A stretch of 64,000 bases of DNA from Roseibacillus sp. (GCA_051251855.1 JBPOGI010000004.1:320001-384000); one strand, 5' to 3'; shown: positions 18,994 to 28,802, counted from the first letter of the stretch. The notes: generated by a model from the letters alone, not told the origin. Program-made: numbers and translations.

Positions 18994-21048
18994 CTACAGT
19001 GAACTTTGGGCACCAACCTCAACAATCTCGAAGTCAATCGTCCCTGTGATTCGGTCGCGAATCATCTGAGCGGACTGTTTTTGGGGATCAATCCGAATCA
19101 CGTTGAGTGAAGGCAAGTGCAGGTCATTCTTCAGTCGAATCCCCGCGCATTTCGTAAGATCGAGTTCACTCATCGTGAGGCCCTTCAAACTCGCAAGATC
19201 AAACTCCTCTGCCACTTCCAAAACAAGAGTTCGAGGTTCAAGGTAGCGCAAAACGCATTCACCTGAACCACCCGCATCAGAGATCAACTTCAACGCTCTT
19301 TCTGAACGAAGGGAGACCGTTGAGTCAGCATCGCTCATTTCGAGCTCAATCACGATGTTGGCCGGATTTAAATATTCTAGCAGGCTTAGAACGACTCTCT
19401 CATAAGATTCCTTCGAACGGCGAAGGGCGGCATCATAAGAAATCATACGCTCAATGACCGGGCCTTGCTCGGGATCGATCTCTCGAGCTGTCTCAATAAA
19501 CGAGCAGAGATGATCCAAGGAAGGTCTGCGAGCACGGTCAAAATTGAAACTCGGAAAAGACTCCGCAAAATGCATGTAGGAGTAGCGACCGCTTTCCTCT
19601 TTCAGCGGATAATTCAACGCTTCCTCAAAATTGAGCTGGATAACGTTGAGAGTAAAAATCTGATACTGCGCAGCTCCCGAATCTGGATCGAGAGCATGGG
19701 CATGGGCGGCAAGCCTCTTCGCCTCCCGAATACTCTTCATCGGGGTATCAAAAATCCCGAGATTCTTAAGACTTTTCACTGAAGAAAGGAGTGAATTGGA
19801 AAGAGCGATCCGCCTCTCTTCAGAATCCGAGAGGGTCTCAAGGTACAAGTTGTTCGCGAGCTCGGCTTCCGACGCGTATTGATTGGCAAGATCAGATTGA
19901 TCGAGCACCGAGGCACGGAGAAAGTTCAGCCTTTCAATAAAGAGGGTGCTCAGTGCCGTCAGCAAAATCAGGGATAAAAATGAAATCAAAACTAGGGTTC
20001 GATTTCGCGTCACAAAGAGCCGTGCTTCTCTTAGAAAATTAGGAGCTTCCGCGTCAGTGGAAAATCCATCCAAGAAGCGGTGAACTTCCTCCCTCAATTC
20101 AGAAACAGATTCGTATCGCTCGCCGGGGTTCTTTGCCAGAGCCTTCGTGGTCACTGCACCCAAGCTCGGAGGCACTTTACATTCAGGATAGCTCTCGCAG
20201 GGGTTGGGCACTTGCGAACTGGCCGTTGCATCCAAAATAGAGCGAGGCCCCCCCTTAAAAGGAGGCTCTCCGGTAAGGATGGCATGTAAAATACATCCTA
20301 AGGAAAACACGTCCGTGCGGGAGTCCTTGCTCCCTCCCTTTTCTACTTGCTCAGGAGCCATATAGCCGGGCGTCCCCTTGATTTCACCGACCAAGGTCAT
20401 ATTGTCCAAAGTCTCAGTGAGAGAAAGGTCCGCAGTCTCCTCGTCCACTTGCGAAACCAACTTCCCAAGACCCCAGTCACAAACTAAGACCTCACCGAAG
20501 GCGTCACATTGAATATTCTGAGGTTTTAAATCGAGATGAATCACTTCCTGAGAATGCGCATAGCCAACCGCATCACAGACCTTCAGAAAATCTTGCAGGA
20601 GAGATCGTCGGCTTCGACTCTTGTCCTTAATCAAATGGCCCAAGGTCGTATTCCCCTTTAAATCCATCGTGAAAAATGGCCGACCAAAAGAATCGATCCC
20701 AACATCATGGACGTTGATAATATTGGGATGACTGAGCGAAGACGTGAGCCATGCTTCGTTGACAAAGATATCGTAGAACTCCGCCCCTCGTTCCTCACGG
20801 AGCCGAGCCATCGCCACCCAACGTCGGGTACGATTATCGAAGGCTCGCAAGACCTCCTTAACGCCTCCCTTTCCTAACAATTCTTGATCCTCGTATCGGG
20901 TCGAAGTCTCGGAGAGCTCCAAATAGGAAGGACAAAGTCCCGCTAACCCTTCAGCTTCCAGCCGCGTGGCTTCCTGATAGGCCTGAATCAACCGATAATC
21001 ATTTCGGTAGTCGTCTTGACCTACCGCATTCCCGCTTCTCTGACTCAT
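18994..21048 (-). CDS. Membrane-anchored Hanks-type Ser/Thr protein kinase
   Basis: LGKGGVKEV, HPNI, HLDLKPQNI, DWGLGK, GTPGYMAPEQ, DVFSLG; TM segment LVLISFLSLILLTALSTLFI. Confidence 0.95.
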   Translation of the reverse strand: MSQRSGNAVGQDDYRNDYRLIQAYQEATRLEAEGLAGLCPSYLELSETSTRYEDQELLGKGGVKEVLRAFDNRTRRWVAMARLREERGAEFYDIFVNEAWLTSSLSHPNIINVHDVGIDSFGRPFFTMDLKGNTTLGHLIKDKSRSRRSLLQDFLKVCDAVGYAHSQEVIHLDLKPQNIQCDAFGEVLVCDWGLGKLVSQVDEETADLSLTETLDNMTLVGEIKGTPGYMAPEQVEKGGSKDSRTDVFSLGCILHAILTGEPPFKGGPRSILDATASSQVPNPCESYPECKVPPSLGAVTTKALAKNPGERYESVSELREEVHRFLDGFSTDAEAPNFLREARLFVTRNRTLVLISFLSLILLTALSTLFIERLNFLRASVLDQSDLANQYASEAELANNLYLETLSDSEERRIALSNSLLSSVKSLKNLGIFDTPMKSIREAKRLAAHAHALDPDSGAAQYQIFTLNVIQLNFEEALNYPLKEESGRYSYMHFAESFPSFNFDRARRPSLDHLCSFIETAREIDPEQGPVIERMISYDAALRRSKESYERVVLSLLEYLNPANIVIELEMSDADSTVSLRSERALKLISDAGGSGECVLRYLEPRTLVLEVAEEFDLASLKGLTMSELDLTKCAGIRLKNDLHLPSLNVIRIDPQKQSAQMIRDRITGTIDFEIVEVGAQSSL

Positions 21049-21641
21049 GACTCGAGTTCGGAAGTGAGATTTCTAATCTCGAGATAAAGTCGCTTCTTCA
21101 CCCGCTTCTTCAGCGTGTAAACGGTCGCTACAGTCAACTTCGTTTTTTCTGCGATTTGAGCCGCAGAATGCCCATCAAGGCCCAGCTCAAAGACTGCAAT
21201 GGCTTGTCCTTCGAATGAAGCACGAACCCGCTCCATGGCGAGACTTCCCACATAAGCCGCCCACTCCCTTTCGATAACCTTATCGATGTCAGGCGCTTTC
21301 AATTCGTCTTGTTCACCCTGCTCGTTCGACACCCTATCCAAGCATCTCTTCAGACTATAACGCTTTCGAAAATAGCTGTTGGCCTTATTCCTCACAATCG
21401 TGCTCAACCAAGTGCGAAAACGAGCCCTGTCCCGATCGTAGCGAGGAAGGTCACGAGTGAGGGCTATGAGGATTTGCTGGCTGAGGTCCTCCAAGTCATC
21501 ACGAGGCACCCCAAGTTGGTTCAGCACGCATAGGATAAAGCGACGGTATTGTTGAACAAATTGCTCCCACGCCTTCCCGTCGTCCAAATCGGTGGCTCGC
21601 TTGAGAAGAGAATGGTGAGTTTGAAACGTGGAGGACATCAC
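21045..21641 (-). CDS. ECF sigma-70 factor, kinase-associated type
   Basis: SLLKRA..AWEQFVQQY, DLEDLSQQ, RFRTWLSTIVRN, C-terminal HTH; 4-bp overlap with the kinase gene. Confidence 0.92.
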   Translation of the reverse strand: MMSSTFQTHHSLLKRATDLDDGKAWEQFVQQYRRFILCVLNQLGVPRDDLEDLSQQILIALTRDLPRYDRDRARFRTWLSTIVRNKANSYFRKRYSLKRCLDRVSNEQGEQDELKAPDIDKVIEREWAAYVGSLAMERVRASFEGQAIAVFELGLDGHSAAQIAEKTKLTVATVYTLKKRVKKRLYLEIRNLTSELES

Positions 21642-21812
21642 TGAGAAGGAGCAAGCGGAAGGCGCTTAAAAACTCTGCTATTCCTCCCAGCTTAGAGAGA
21701 ACCACCATCATTTAAAGAAAATGTTCCCGTTTTCATTCAATCATGGAACTCCATCAAAATGCTCCTCGACGGAATCGTTACCAATTAAAGCTTCGAAGCC
21801 GAAAGAAGGCCA

Positions 21813-24800
21813 CTACTCGGAAAGTGTCACTTCAACTCTGACAAAGAGTGCATCCAAATTTCCGATGACTCCGTCCTCATTGTCGATCGCCATCCGATCA
21901 AGGTTGAAGGAAAGCTCCCCTCCCGTTCCTAGCATACTGGTAATCGGAAACCACTCCTCTAAGTCAGTCGACCAAACAAGGTCGTAGCTCCGGCCAGCAA
22001 CGCTCGGCCAGCTCACGACCACATTGGCCCCCTGGAGGTCAAAGTCACTAATACAGAAGAAATCACCGTTGTTTGTCGGATCGGTTCCAGCCACAAACTC
22101 GTCCACATTCGACGCGCCATCTCCATCGAGGTCAGTAGCAGCATCGAGTGGCCAATCAGGGTCGAGCCCGTTGGCTTGCTCATAGCTATTGGGGAGAGTG
22201 TCGCCATCATTGTCCGGAATGCGGGGAAAAAGGGCGGTAGACTCATTGATGCGCAAATCGTCGAGCAGGCCGAGTAAGTCGCGACCAGTAAGGGCGGTGA
22301 TCTCATTTCGAATGCTCGTTTCATCAGTAAAGTTCATAATGAGGTTACCGTCTTCGCCCAAGTCGAGGGGCATGTTGAAGAGTTGTTTCGGTGTCCCCCG
22401 GTTGATGCCAGCCACATTGGAAAACTCAGTATTGAACGAATCCCAAGAGGTGTCCGCACTTCCACCGGTGGCGTCGATGAATTTCCAGCCGTCGAAGGTC
22501 TTCAAAGCCAAATCGCCTCGTTGCGCACTCAACACGATTGCTTCGCGCTGGGGCGAAGGTTTCGCTTGGCCCCGCAGTAAATTCAGGAAGCTTTCCCCAT
22601 CGGGAGCAGTCGAATCAGGAAGATTGGCTCCGAGGTAAGCGGCAATCGTGGCAAAGATATCACCTTGCCAAATCGGGTCGGTCACCTTCATCCCTGCCGC
22701 CGCTTGACCAGGCCAGCGGACCATAAAGGGAACCCGCGTGCCGCCATCATAAGTCTCACGTTTATGACCTCGCAAGGGACCATTGGGATCAGCCCCGCGT
22801 GTCAGGCTCTCCCTTTGCATATCGTGTTCGGGGCCATTGTCGGAGGTGAAGACCACCATTGTGTTCGGTCCAAAGCCATTGTTATCGATAGCATCCAGAA
22901 TCCGTCCCACTCGATCATCCACTTCGGTCATCCAATCCGCAAAGACGAGGGCTCGATTGCTATTGCCCCCATAGAAGGCATCCGTCACGGCCCAAGGGCG
23001 ATGCGGTGAATGAAGAGGAAGATAGACAAAGAAAGGATCGGAATCGCCACTGCTTGCGCGGTCCGCAAAGTAGTTTTCGGCATCTTCGACCAGCCGCGGC
23101 CCGAGGTCAACTTGACTGTAGGAGGGATCGCCCAGACCCGCGCGTGAGCCCCTCGCTCCTCTGACGGGAGCATTGAGTTCGCCGGTGGTGAACCAACGGA
23201 AGGGGTCGGTATTGAGTGCGTCTCGGTAGTCCCCCGCGCCCCCATTGAGAGTGGTATCCCAGAATTGGAGGCGATCTTCTTTGAGATAAACGTAGGGGGA
23301 AAAGTTGATAGCGACGGCATTACCGCGAAAAACATCAAAGCCGTTATCGACAGCATGAAAATCCACCGTGCGCTCCCAATCGACTTCACTAGGATCGGAC
23401 GGATTGTCAGATATACGAGTCCCGTTACGGCGATAGATCGCACCGCCGAGGTGCCACTTACCGATAGCGGCGGTGTCGTATTGTTGCGTTTTAAGAAACT
23501 CCGCAATGGTGACGTCGGACACTCGTGGCAACTCATCGCCATTAATGGTGCCCCCGTAGTTGCCGGTAATATTATCGAATTCCCGCCAGTTGTATTTTGC
23601 AGTCAGCAAAGCGTAGCGGCTGGGAGTGCAGACCCCGTTGCCGGAGTGCCCTTGAGTGAAGACCACGCCATCCTGAGCCAAGGCATCAATGTTGGGCGTA
23701 GGCGCACTGCTGGTCGTTCCGAACAAGTTGCCATAGGCAGAAATATCGCCAAACCCGAGGTCGTCGGCGTAGATGATCACCACGTTAGGGCGAGTGGTAG
23801 GAGGACGATGATCGGGAATATCGGTGGCGTCGTCAGGCAAGGAACCAAAGGCCACTTCAGCCTCATCGCGATAGCTATCGTTGTCACTATCGACGAAGGG
23901 AAAAATCGGCCCCGTGTTCGGCGGGAGCCTATTCGGATCAGTACCCGCCAGAATCTCGGCGTTGTCATCGACGCCATCGCCATCAGAATCAGGCTCGAGA
24001 GGATCGGTCGCCTCTCCGGGAGGTCCAGACTGCACCCCTGCCACCCAAGGGTTGAGCGTGCCATTCACTTCCTGCCCGTCGTTCAGCCCGTCGTCATCGG
24101 AATCACTATCTTGCGGATCCGTGCCGGCGTTAAATTCCTCCAAATTGGTCAAACCATCCGCACCTCCCATTGCATCGTTGTCGAGCGCGGCATCATTGAC
24201 ATTTGGATTGAGACCATTGGCGGTTTCATAACTGTCCGGCATGCCGTCACCATCGGTGTCTGGCGAGTTCGAGACCACCAGCCGAGGGTTGCTGAATCCC
24301 GCGGCATTGGACTCCAAGTCACCGACGAAAACAACGAGACCAAAGTTATCGATCGTTCCATTCACCCAGCCCGTCACGATGCTCGTGACATCTAACGAAA
24401 CTGAGGCTGGTGGGGCAGACGCCGAGATATCAACGATGAGGCTCGCCCGATCTCCCGAGGTGGTGATGCCCCAAGAGTGCTCAGGAAGGGTCGTCGTGCC
24501 ATCCCAAGCACTATCGGTGACGCGGCCAACGACCGCTGCGGTGCTATTGAGGTTGTTCAGCTGGAAATCGTAGTCAGCAGTGAAGGAAACCGAAAACCCT
24601 GGGCTATTGAGGTCGGCCGCAGTCAAGGTGCTGACATCAAAATTCAGAAAGGCGCTGATGCGGCGGTCGGTCTGAGTGGCACTGCGTCGTTCACGAATGT
24701 AGATATCCGAGTCGGCCGGCGAGTCTCCACTATTCACGCTGGCAGAACCCATTACAGGCGGACTTTGAGCATCGGTTGTAAAGAGAGTCGTCGGGAGAAT

Positions 24801-24863
24801 ATCAATGGCAAAGAGGTAGGAGGGCACCATCGAGGTGACCAGAATCAGAAAAGGAGTTCGCAT
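21813..24863 (-). CDS. Large secreted multidomain Cys-type sulfatase (copy B)
   Basis: PNVVIIYADDLGFGD, CTPSRYALLT, GKWHLG, FTSDNG; colinear paralog of 12492-16262 lacking the first N-terminal domain. Confidence 0.93.
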   Translation of the reverse strand: MRTPFLILVTSMVPSYLFAIDILPTTLFTTDAQSPPVMGSASVNSGDSPADSDIYIRERRSATQTDRRISAFLNFDVSTLTAADLNSPGFSVSFTADYDFQLNNLNSTAAVVGRVTDSAWDGTTTLPEHSWGITTSGDRASLIVDISASAPPASVSLDVTSIVTGWVNGTIDNFGLVVFVGDLESNAAGFSNPRLVVSNSPDTDGDGMPDSYETANGLNPNVNDAALDNDAMGGADGLTNLEEFNAGTDPQDSDSDDDGLNDGQEVNGTLNPWVAGVQSGPPGEATDPLEPDSDGDGVDDNAEILAGTDPNRLPPNTGPIFPFVDSDNDSYRDEAEVAFGSLPDDATDIPDHRPPTTRPNVVIIYADDLGFGDISAYGNLFGTTSSAPTPNIDALAQDGVVFTQGHSGNGVCTPSRYALLTAKYNWREFDNITGNYGGTINGDELPRVSDVTIAEFLKTQQYDTAAIGKWHLGGAIYRRNGTRISDNPSDPSEVDWERTVDFHAVDNGFDVFRGNAVAINFSPYVYLKEDRLQFWDTTLNGGAGDYRDALNTDPFRWFTTGELNAPVRGARGSRAGLGDPSYSQVDLGPRLVEDAENYFADRASSGDSDPFFVYLPLHSPHRPWAVTDAFYGGNSNRALVFADWMTEVDDRVGRILDAIDNNGFGPNTMVVFTSDNGPEHDMQRESLTRGADPNGPLRGHKRETYDGGTRVPFMVRWPGQAAAGMKVTDPIWQGDIFATIAAYLGANLPDSTAPDGESFLNLLRGQAKPSPQREAIVLSAQRGDLALKTFDGWKFIDATGGSADTSWDSFNTEFSNVAGINRGTPKQLFNMPLDLGEDGNLIMNFTDETSIRNEITALTGRDLLGLLDDLRINESTALFPRIPDNDGDTLPNSYEQANGLDPDWPLDAATDLDGDGASNVDEFVAGTDPTNNGDFFCISDFDLQGANVVVSWPSVAGRSYDLVWSTDLEEWFPITSMLGTGGELSFNLDRMAIDNEDGVIGNLDALFVRVEVTLSE

Positions 24864-24930
24864 AGAAGTGAAAGAAAGCGGTTGGGAGAGAGCGCGTATG
24901 TAGGCTAGAGGAAAAGGAAATTTAGTTTAG

Positions 24931-24969
24931 AAAAAAGGCCGGGAACCCTCTCAAAAGAGCTCCCGGCCT
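24931..24969 (-). terminator. Rho-independent terminator between surface protein B and sulfatase B
   Basis: Minus strand AGGCCGGGAGCTCT-TTTGAG-AGGGTTCCCGGCCT then U-tract; homologous to 16291-16329. Confidence 0.75.
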
Positions 24970-24993
24970 AAAGATGAATGAAGGCATGAACAA

Positions 24994-27327
24994 CTAGTTA
25001 GGCATCAATTCGAGTTGGTAGAAGGCCTCTGGATTTGTTGCCGTTGAATCTTCAAAAGTATCCGAAGCTGCATCCGGAGCACGAGGCCCATCAACCACAG
25101 TGGGAAACCCATCTTGAAGGTTCTCTGAACGAACCAATTGGTAAGAGGCAGTTGGGTCCAGGTTCTCGAAGGAAACGACGAAGATGGAACCATTGAGTTC
25201 GCAAGAGACAATGGTGGCATCTGCAGGAGGAGGTGGAGGGATCTCATCGGTCTGACGAACTTGGATGAAGCTCATGCCCATGGTGGGGAGCGCACCCCCA
25301 ATACGAGACTCCACCAATTCGAAACTTTGCACAGTCGCAGTCGCGATGAAGCCTCCCGTGAAGAGAATCGCCGGATTTTCTGCACCTGAAAAGATGGTGT
25401 TCGTCGCTCCAACAGGGTCAGTAGCGACGTCGCCCCCGACTCCGTCAACGGTGACGAAACTTCTGGTAACGGCGCCAATACTACGATCATCTGTGCGTCC
25501 AATTTGAATCGCATAGGGAAGACCTGGAGTGAGACCAAAGATGCTCACCGTTCGCTCGGCTCCGCCATTCCAGATACTCTCGAGAAGAGGTGAGAAAGCA
25601 GGGTCTTCGTCGTCGTATAAGCTCACGTCTCCCAAACTACCCAAGGCACCGGTGATAAGGTTAGCACTCGTCCTCGGGCCAAAATTATCGATGGCACTGG
25701 CAAAAGAGATGCCGTTGACGGTTGCCGCTGGTCCATTGAGATTATCCGCAAAGAGCAAGGATCCCGAGGTGAGGAGGTCCAATTCGCTGGTTAACTCACT
25801 CGCAGTCCAAGCGATGGCGGCAAGAGTGGGCGTCGAAGTAATCTCATTAGGATCACTCCCTGCGGCCACCTCCACGCCGTCTGAGAATGTATCAAAATCG
25901 CTATCCGCATTTGTAGCGTCTGTAAGGCCTCCGTTGACTTCAACATCATCGCCCAAACCATCTCCGTCAGTATCGACGTCCGCTGGGTCTGTCACCAAGG
26001 TTGGAACTGCGGCATTCGTGGTATCGAGCTCCCCTACGCCACCAGCAGAAAAATCAGCTCCGTCGAGAAGGGTGTCTCCGTCGGTATCGTCATTGTTAGG
26101 ATCTATCCCGAACAGCTGCTCATTGAAGTTATCAACGGTGTCCATATCAGGATCTCCAAATTCGCCATTAGCGCCACTAATATCTGTTGGATCAAGACCA
26201 TTAGAGGCTTCAAAGTTATCGAGGAGAAAGTCGCCATCGGTATCATTCGAATTGGGGTTCGTTACCACGCTGATGGCGCTCCCTCCAGGCGGGGTGTAAG
26301 TGAGACTGAGGAGTTCAACCCCATCGAGAATACCATCATTGTCACTGTCTGGATTGAAAGGATCGGTCACTAAACCAGGAACACCAGGGCCACCGGTGGG
26401 GGCGTCACCTGCGCCATCGGTGAGGTAGGGATTGGCTGAGCCATCAAGCTCTGCGCCATCGTTGAGAGTGTCGTCGTCGGTGTCACTATCTTGGGGGTCG
26501 GTTCCAGCTAGGAACTCCTCCAAGTTGGTGAGTCCGTCAGGGCCACCATCGGCATCATTATCCACATCAGCATCAGCAGGATTATTAATATCAAGAGGGT
26601 TGGCAGGATCGGTATTGGCGATCTCGTATTCGTCAGGCATGCCATCGTCGTCGCTGTCGAGAATAATAGAAAGGGTGAGTTCAGGGTTATTGAAGGCAGC
26701 CGCTTGAGCTTCCAGTCGATCAATAAAGAGCACGAATCCGAAGTTGGGATTCGTGCCATCGGCCCAGCCCTGAACGATCGTGGTGACGTCGATCTCTAAG
26801 GTTTGACCTGTCGGCAAGAGGTCCTTGATGTCCGCAATAAACGGAATCGCATCGGCCGCATCGGTAATGCCATAGGTGTGAAGCGGAGGGAGAGTGGGAG
26901 TGGCCACATCGCTGTCCCAAGCTGCGGTGGTCACCCGCCCAACAGTGGCTGACGACGGTCCGTTGACCGCATTCAATTGAGCCACATACTCAAGGGTGAG
27001 GGTGGCAGAAAAATCAGGGCTGGAAAACAGAGCAGAAAGCGCCGGGTCGGTCAGGTCAAACTGGAGGAAAGAGCTGATCCGACGGTTGTTTTGTCCCGCA
27101 TTTCGTCTTTCGCGAATAGGAAAGTCGCCGGTCGTGAGGTCAGTAACGACGAGGCTGGGGGCAGTGGTTGATGCGGTGGGCCCGACATTTTGAGGAGTGA
27201 GGTTGTCTGTCACTGCGGTATCGACCGGAGCAAGGGTGACATCTGATTGAGCGTTCACCGTGAACGCAGTTGAGACAAAGCTCAGAATGCCAAGGAGACA
27301 AATGGGAATGGATTTCGACGGTTTCAT
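24994..27327 (-). CDS. Secreted surface protein with TSP3-like repeats (copy B)
   Basis: Signal peptide; paralog of 16355-18757 over the repeats and C-terminal half; different N-terminal domain. Confidence 0.85.
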   Translation of the reverse strand: MKPSKSIPICLLGILSFVSTAFTVNAQSDVTLAPVDTAVTDNLTPQNVGPTASTTAPSLVVTDLTTGDFPIRERRNAGQNNRRISSFLQFDLTDPALSALFSSPDFSATLTLEYVAQLNAVNGPSSATVGRVTTAAWDSDVATPTLPPLHTYGITDAADAIPFIADIKDLLPTGQTLEIDVTTIVQGWADGTNPNFGFVLFIDRLEAQAAAFNNPELTLSIILDSDDDGMPDEYEIANTDPANPLDINNPADADVDNDADGGPDGLTNLEEFLAGTDPQDSDTDDDTLNDGAELDGSANPYLTDGAGDAPTGGPGVPGLVTDPFNPDSDNDGILDGVELLSLTYTPPGGSAISVVTNPNSNDTDGDFLLDNFEASNGLDPTDISGANGEFGDPDMDTVDNFNEQLFGIDPNNDDTDGDTLLDGADFSAGGVGELDTTNAAVPTLVTDPADVDTDGDGLGDDVEVNGGLTDATNADSDFDTFSDGVEVAAGSDPNEITSTPTLAAIAWTASELTSELDLLTSGSLLFADNLNGPAATVNGISFASAIDNFGPRTSANLITGALGSLGDVSLYDDEDPAFSPLLESIWNGGAERTVSIFGLTPGLPYAIQIGRTDDRSIGAVTRSFVTVDGVGGDVATDPVGATNTIFSGAENPAILFTGGFIATATVQSFELVESRIGGALPTMGMSFIQVRQTDEIPPPPPADATIVSCELNGSIFVVSFENLDPTASYQLVRSENLQDGFPTVVDGPRAPDAASDTFEDSTATNPEAFYQLELMPN

Positions 27328-27954
27328 GGGATTTTGGTTTTTTGGTTACCTAATATTCGCCACTTAAACTTGGATTAGGACAGTGAATCGAAAAAACTGC
27401 CGCGCTCATTTCTAACAACCGACGACGCCAAAAAAACACTTAGCAACTCTTACCACTTTAACACCTTAATTGTTTAGAGTTAGGTAATCATTTTCACGCC
27501 AGAGCAGGGCACTTTCTCAACAAAAAGAATGAACTCGACTGAAAGCCATTTTTTCTGAAAGCGAAAGAGAGCAAGACCAAATCCTTGCTAGTCTCCACTT
27601 CTCTTGCAAGCCCATTGAAAATCCCAAAATTTTTCCCCGTTTTTCCCCACAGCTTCCTCAATTGTGGCCTCAAGAGCTTACAAAAGGATCCAATATTCTC
27701 TGATTCTCAACTTTTTTCGCCCTAAGTGTCCCAATTTCGCCAGAGTAGGAGAATAAGTTTCACGGTGGACCAACTTTCGCTTCAGAAAAGTGAGAGACAA
27801 CACCTTTTTTATCCTCTTCGGGTGAACATTAATCGACAAAAAGTCAGAACTACTCAAAATAAACCATCGTATGAAACAAATAGACTGCTCGCCTTCTAGC
27901 GACTCCGGCGTTTTCTTATTGACTGCGCGCCCCCTCATCTCGCTTTCTAATAGA

Positions 27955-28733
27955 ATGAGCCCAATTCATCTTCCGCTTTTGTCTCTCGGTTTTGTCTCTC
28001 GGTTTTGTCTCTCGGTTTTGTCTGCGTTACTGCCTCTCTCGCTCAATCCGCTTCGTTTTTTCCAACCGTGGTGACCTCAGTTGATGATTTAGGAGACACC
28101 GCGCCAACCGCAGGAAATATTGGGGAACCACAAGTGAGTAACGGCATGGGCGGTTTTGTCCCCACCGGTAACGCTTTCACGGTCGCGGCCCGGTCGCGCA
28201 CCAACCTCAACCAGAATAACCGGCAAATCGTAACCGTTGTCGATTTTAATGTGAGCTCCTTGACTATCGCTGAGGTGAGTGATCCAGCCTTCGTGGCGAC
28301 CCTTGCTTTGGACTATGTTGGGCAGTTAAACGATCTCAATGGTCCCATTGGGGTTTCGGTCGGACAGGTGGCTTCGAATGCCGCGCTGAATTTTGATTTA
28401 GGCTATGATGACGGCGACGGAGGCAGCACCGCAGGAACGATTGCACTCAACACAACAACGATTCTGGACGTTGGGGCTGGCGCTACTCCTAGCGGTGCGG
28501 TAGCGACTGGCGACAGTGTCCCATACACGGTAGATGTCACCCCCATCATCGTTGATTGGTTCAATAATCCGACTAATAACAATGGGCTTATCTTTTTCAT
28601 GGACGATGCCGGCGCAGCACAGGGCGCTTACTTTAACAACCTGCAAATCACCACTGCGGTGCCTGAACCTTCCACTGCATTGCTTGGTTGCTTAGCGCTT
28701 GCGGGACTGATTGGTGCACGGAAGCGAGGCTAG
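27955..28733 (+). CDS. PEP-CTERM protein, frameshifted in its signal peptide by a tandem repeat (alternative TTG start at 28005)
   Basis: C-terminus VPEPSTALLGCLALAGLIGARKRG; ATG 27955 is in frame with the body only with 1 or 4 repeat units, and 3 are present. Confidence 0.8.
27977..28023 (+). repeat. 13-bp tandem repeat (TTTTGTCTCTCGG) x3 plus 8-bp partial
   Basis: Perfect copies start at 27977, 27990 and 28003; partial TTTTGTCT at 28016. Confidence 0.97.
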
Positions 28734-28772
28734 AGTTCAGTATATTTCTTTCTCAAGCATCGAATTCTTTCG

Positions 28773-28802
28773 AAAAGGCCACCTCGTTTGAGGTGGCTTT
28801 TT
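28773..28802 (+). terminator. Rho-independent terminator of the PEP-CTERM gene
   Basis: AAAAGGCCACCTC-GTTT-GAGGTGGCTTTTT. Confidence 0.85.

Noticed and set aside
23265..24395. 376-aa plus-strand ORF inside sulfatase B, with similar ORFs inside sulfatase A
   Set aside because: Antisense shadow; the similarity between them only mirrors the paralogous sense genes
14500..26700. Long DNA similarities suggesting a mobile element or assembly duplication
   Set aside because: Copies are diverged with many synonymous changes and different domain content; explained by gene paralogy and coding TSP3-like repeats
27678..27938. 86-aa ORF in the divergent intergenic region
   Set aside because: No motifs or coding-like composition; likely promoter DNA
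27977..28023. Possible CRISPR array
   Set aside because: Head-to-tail 13-bp units with no spacers and no cas genes
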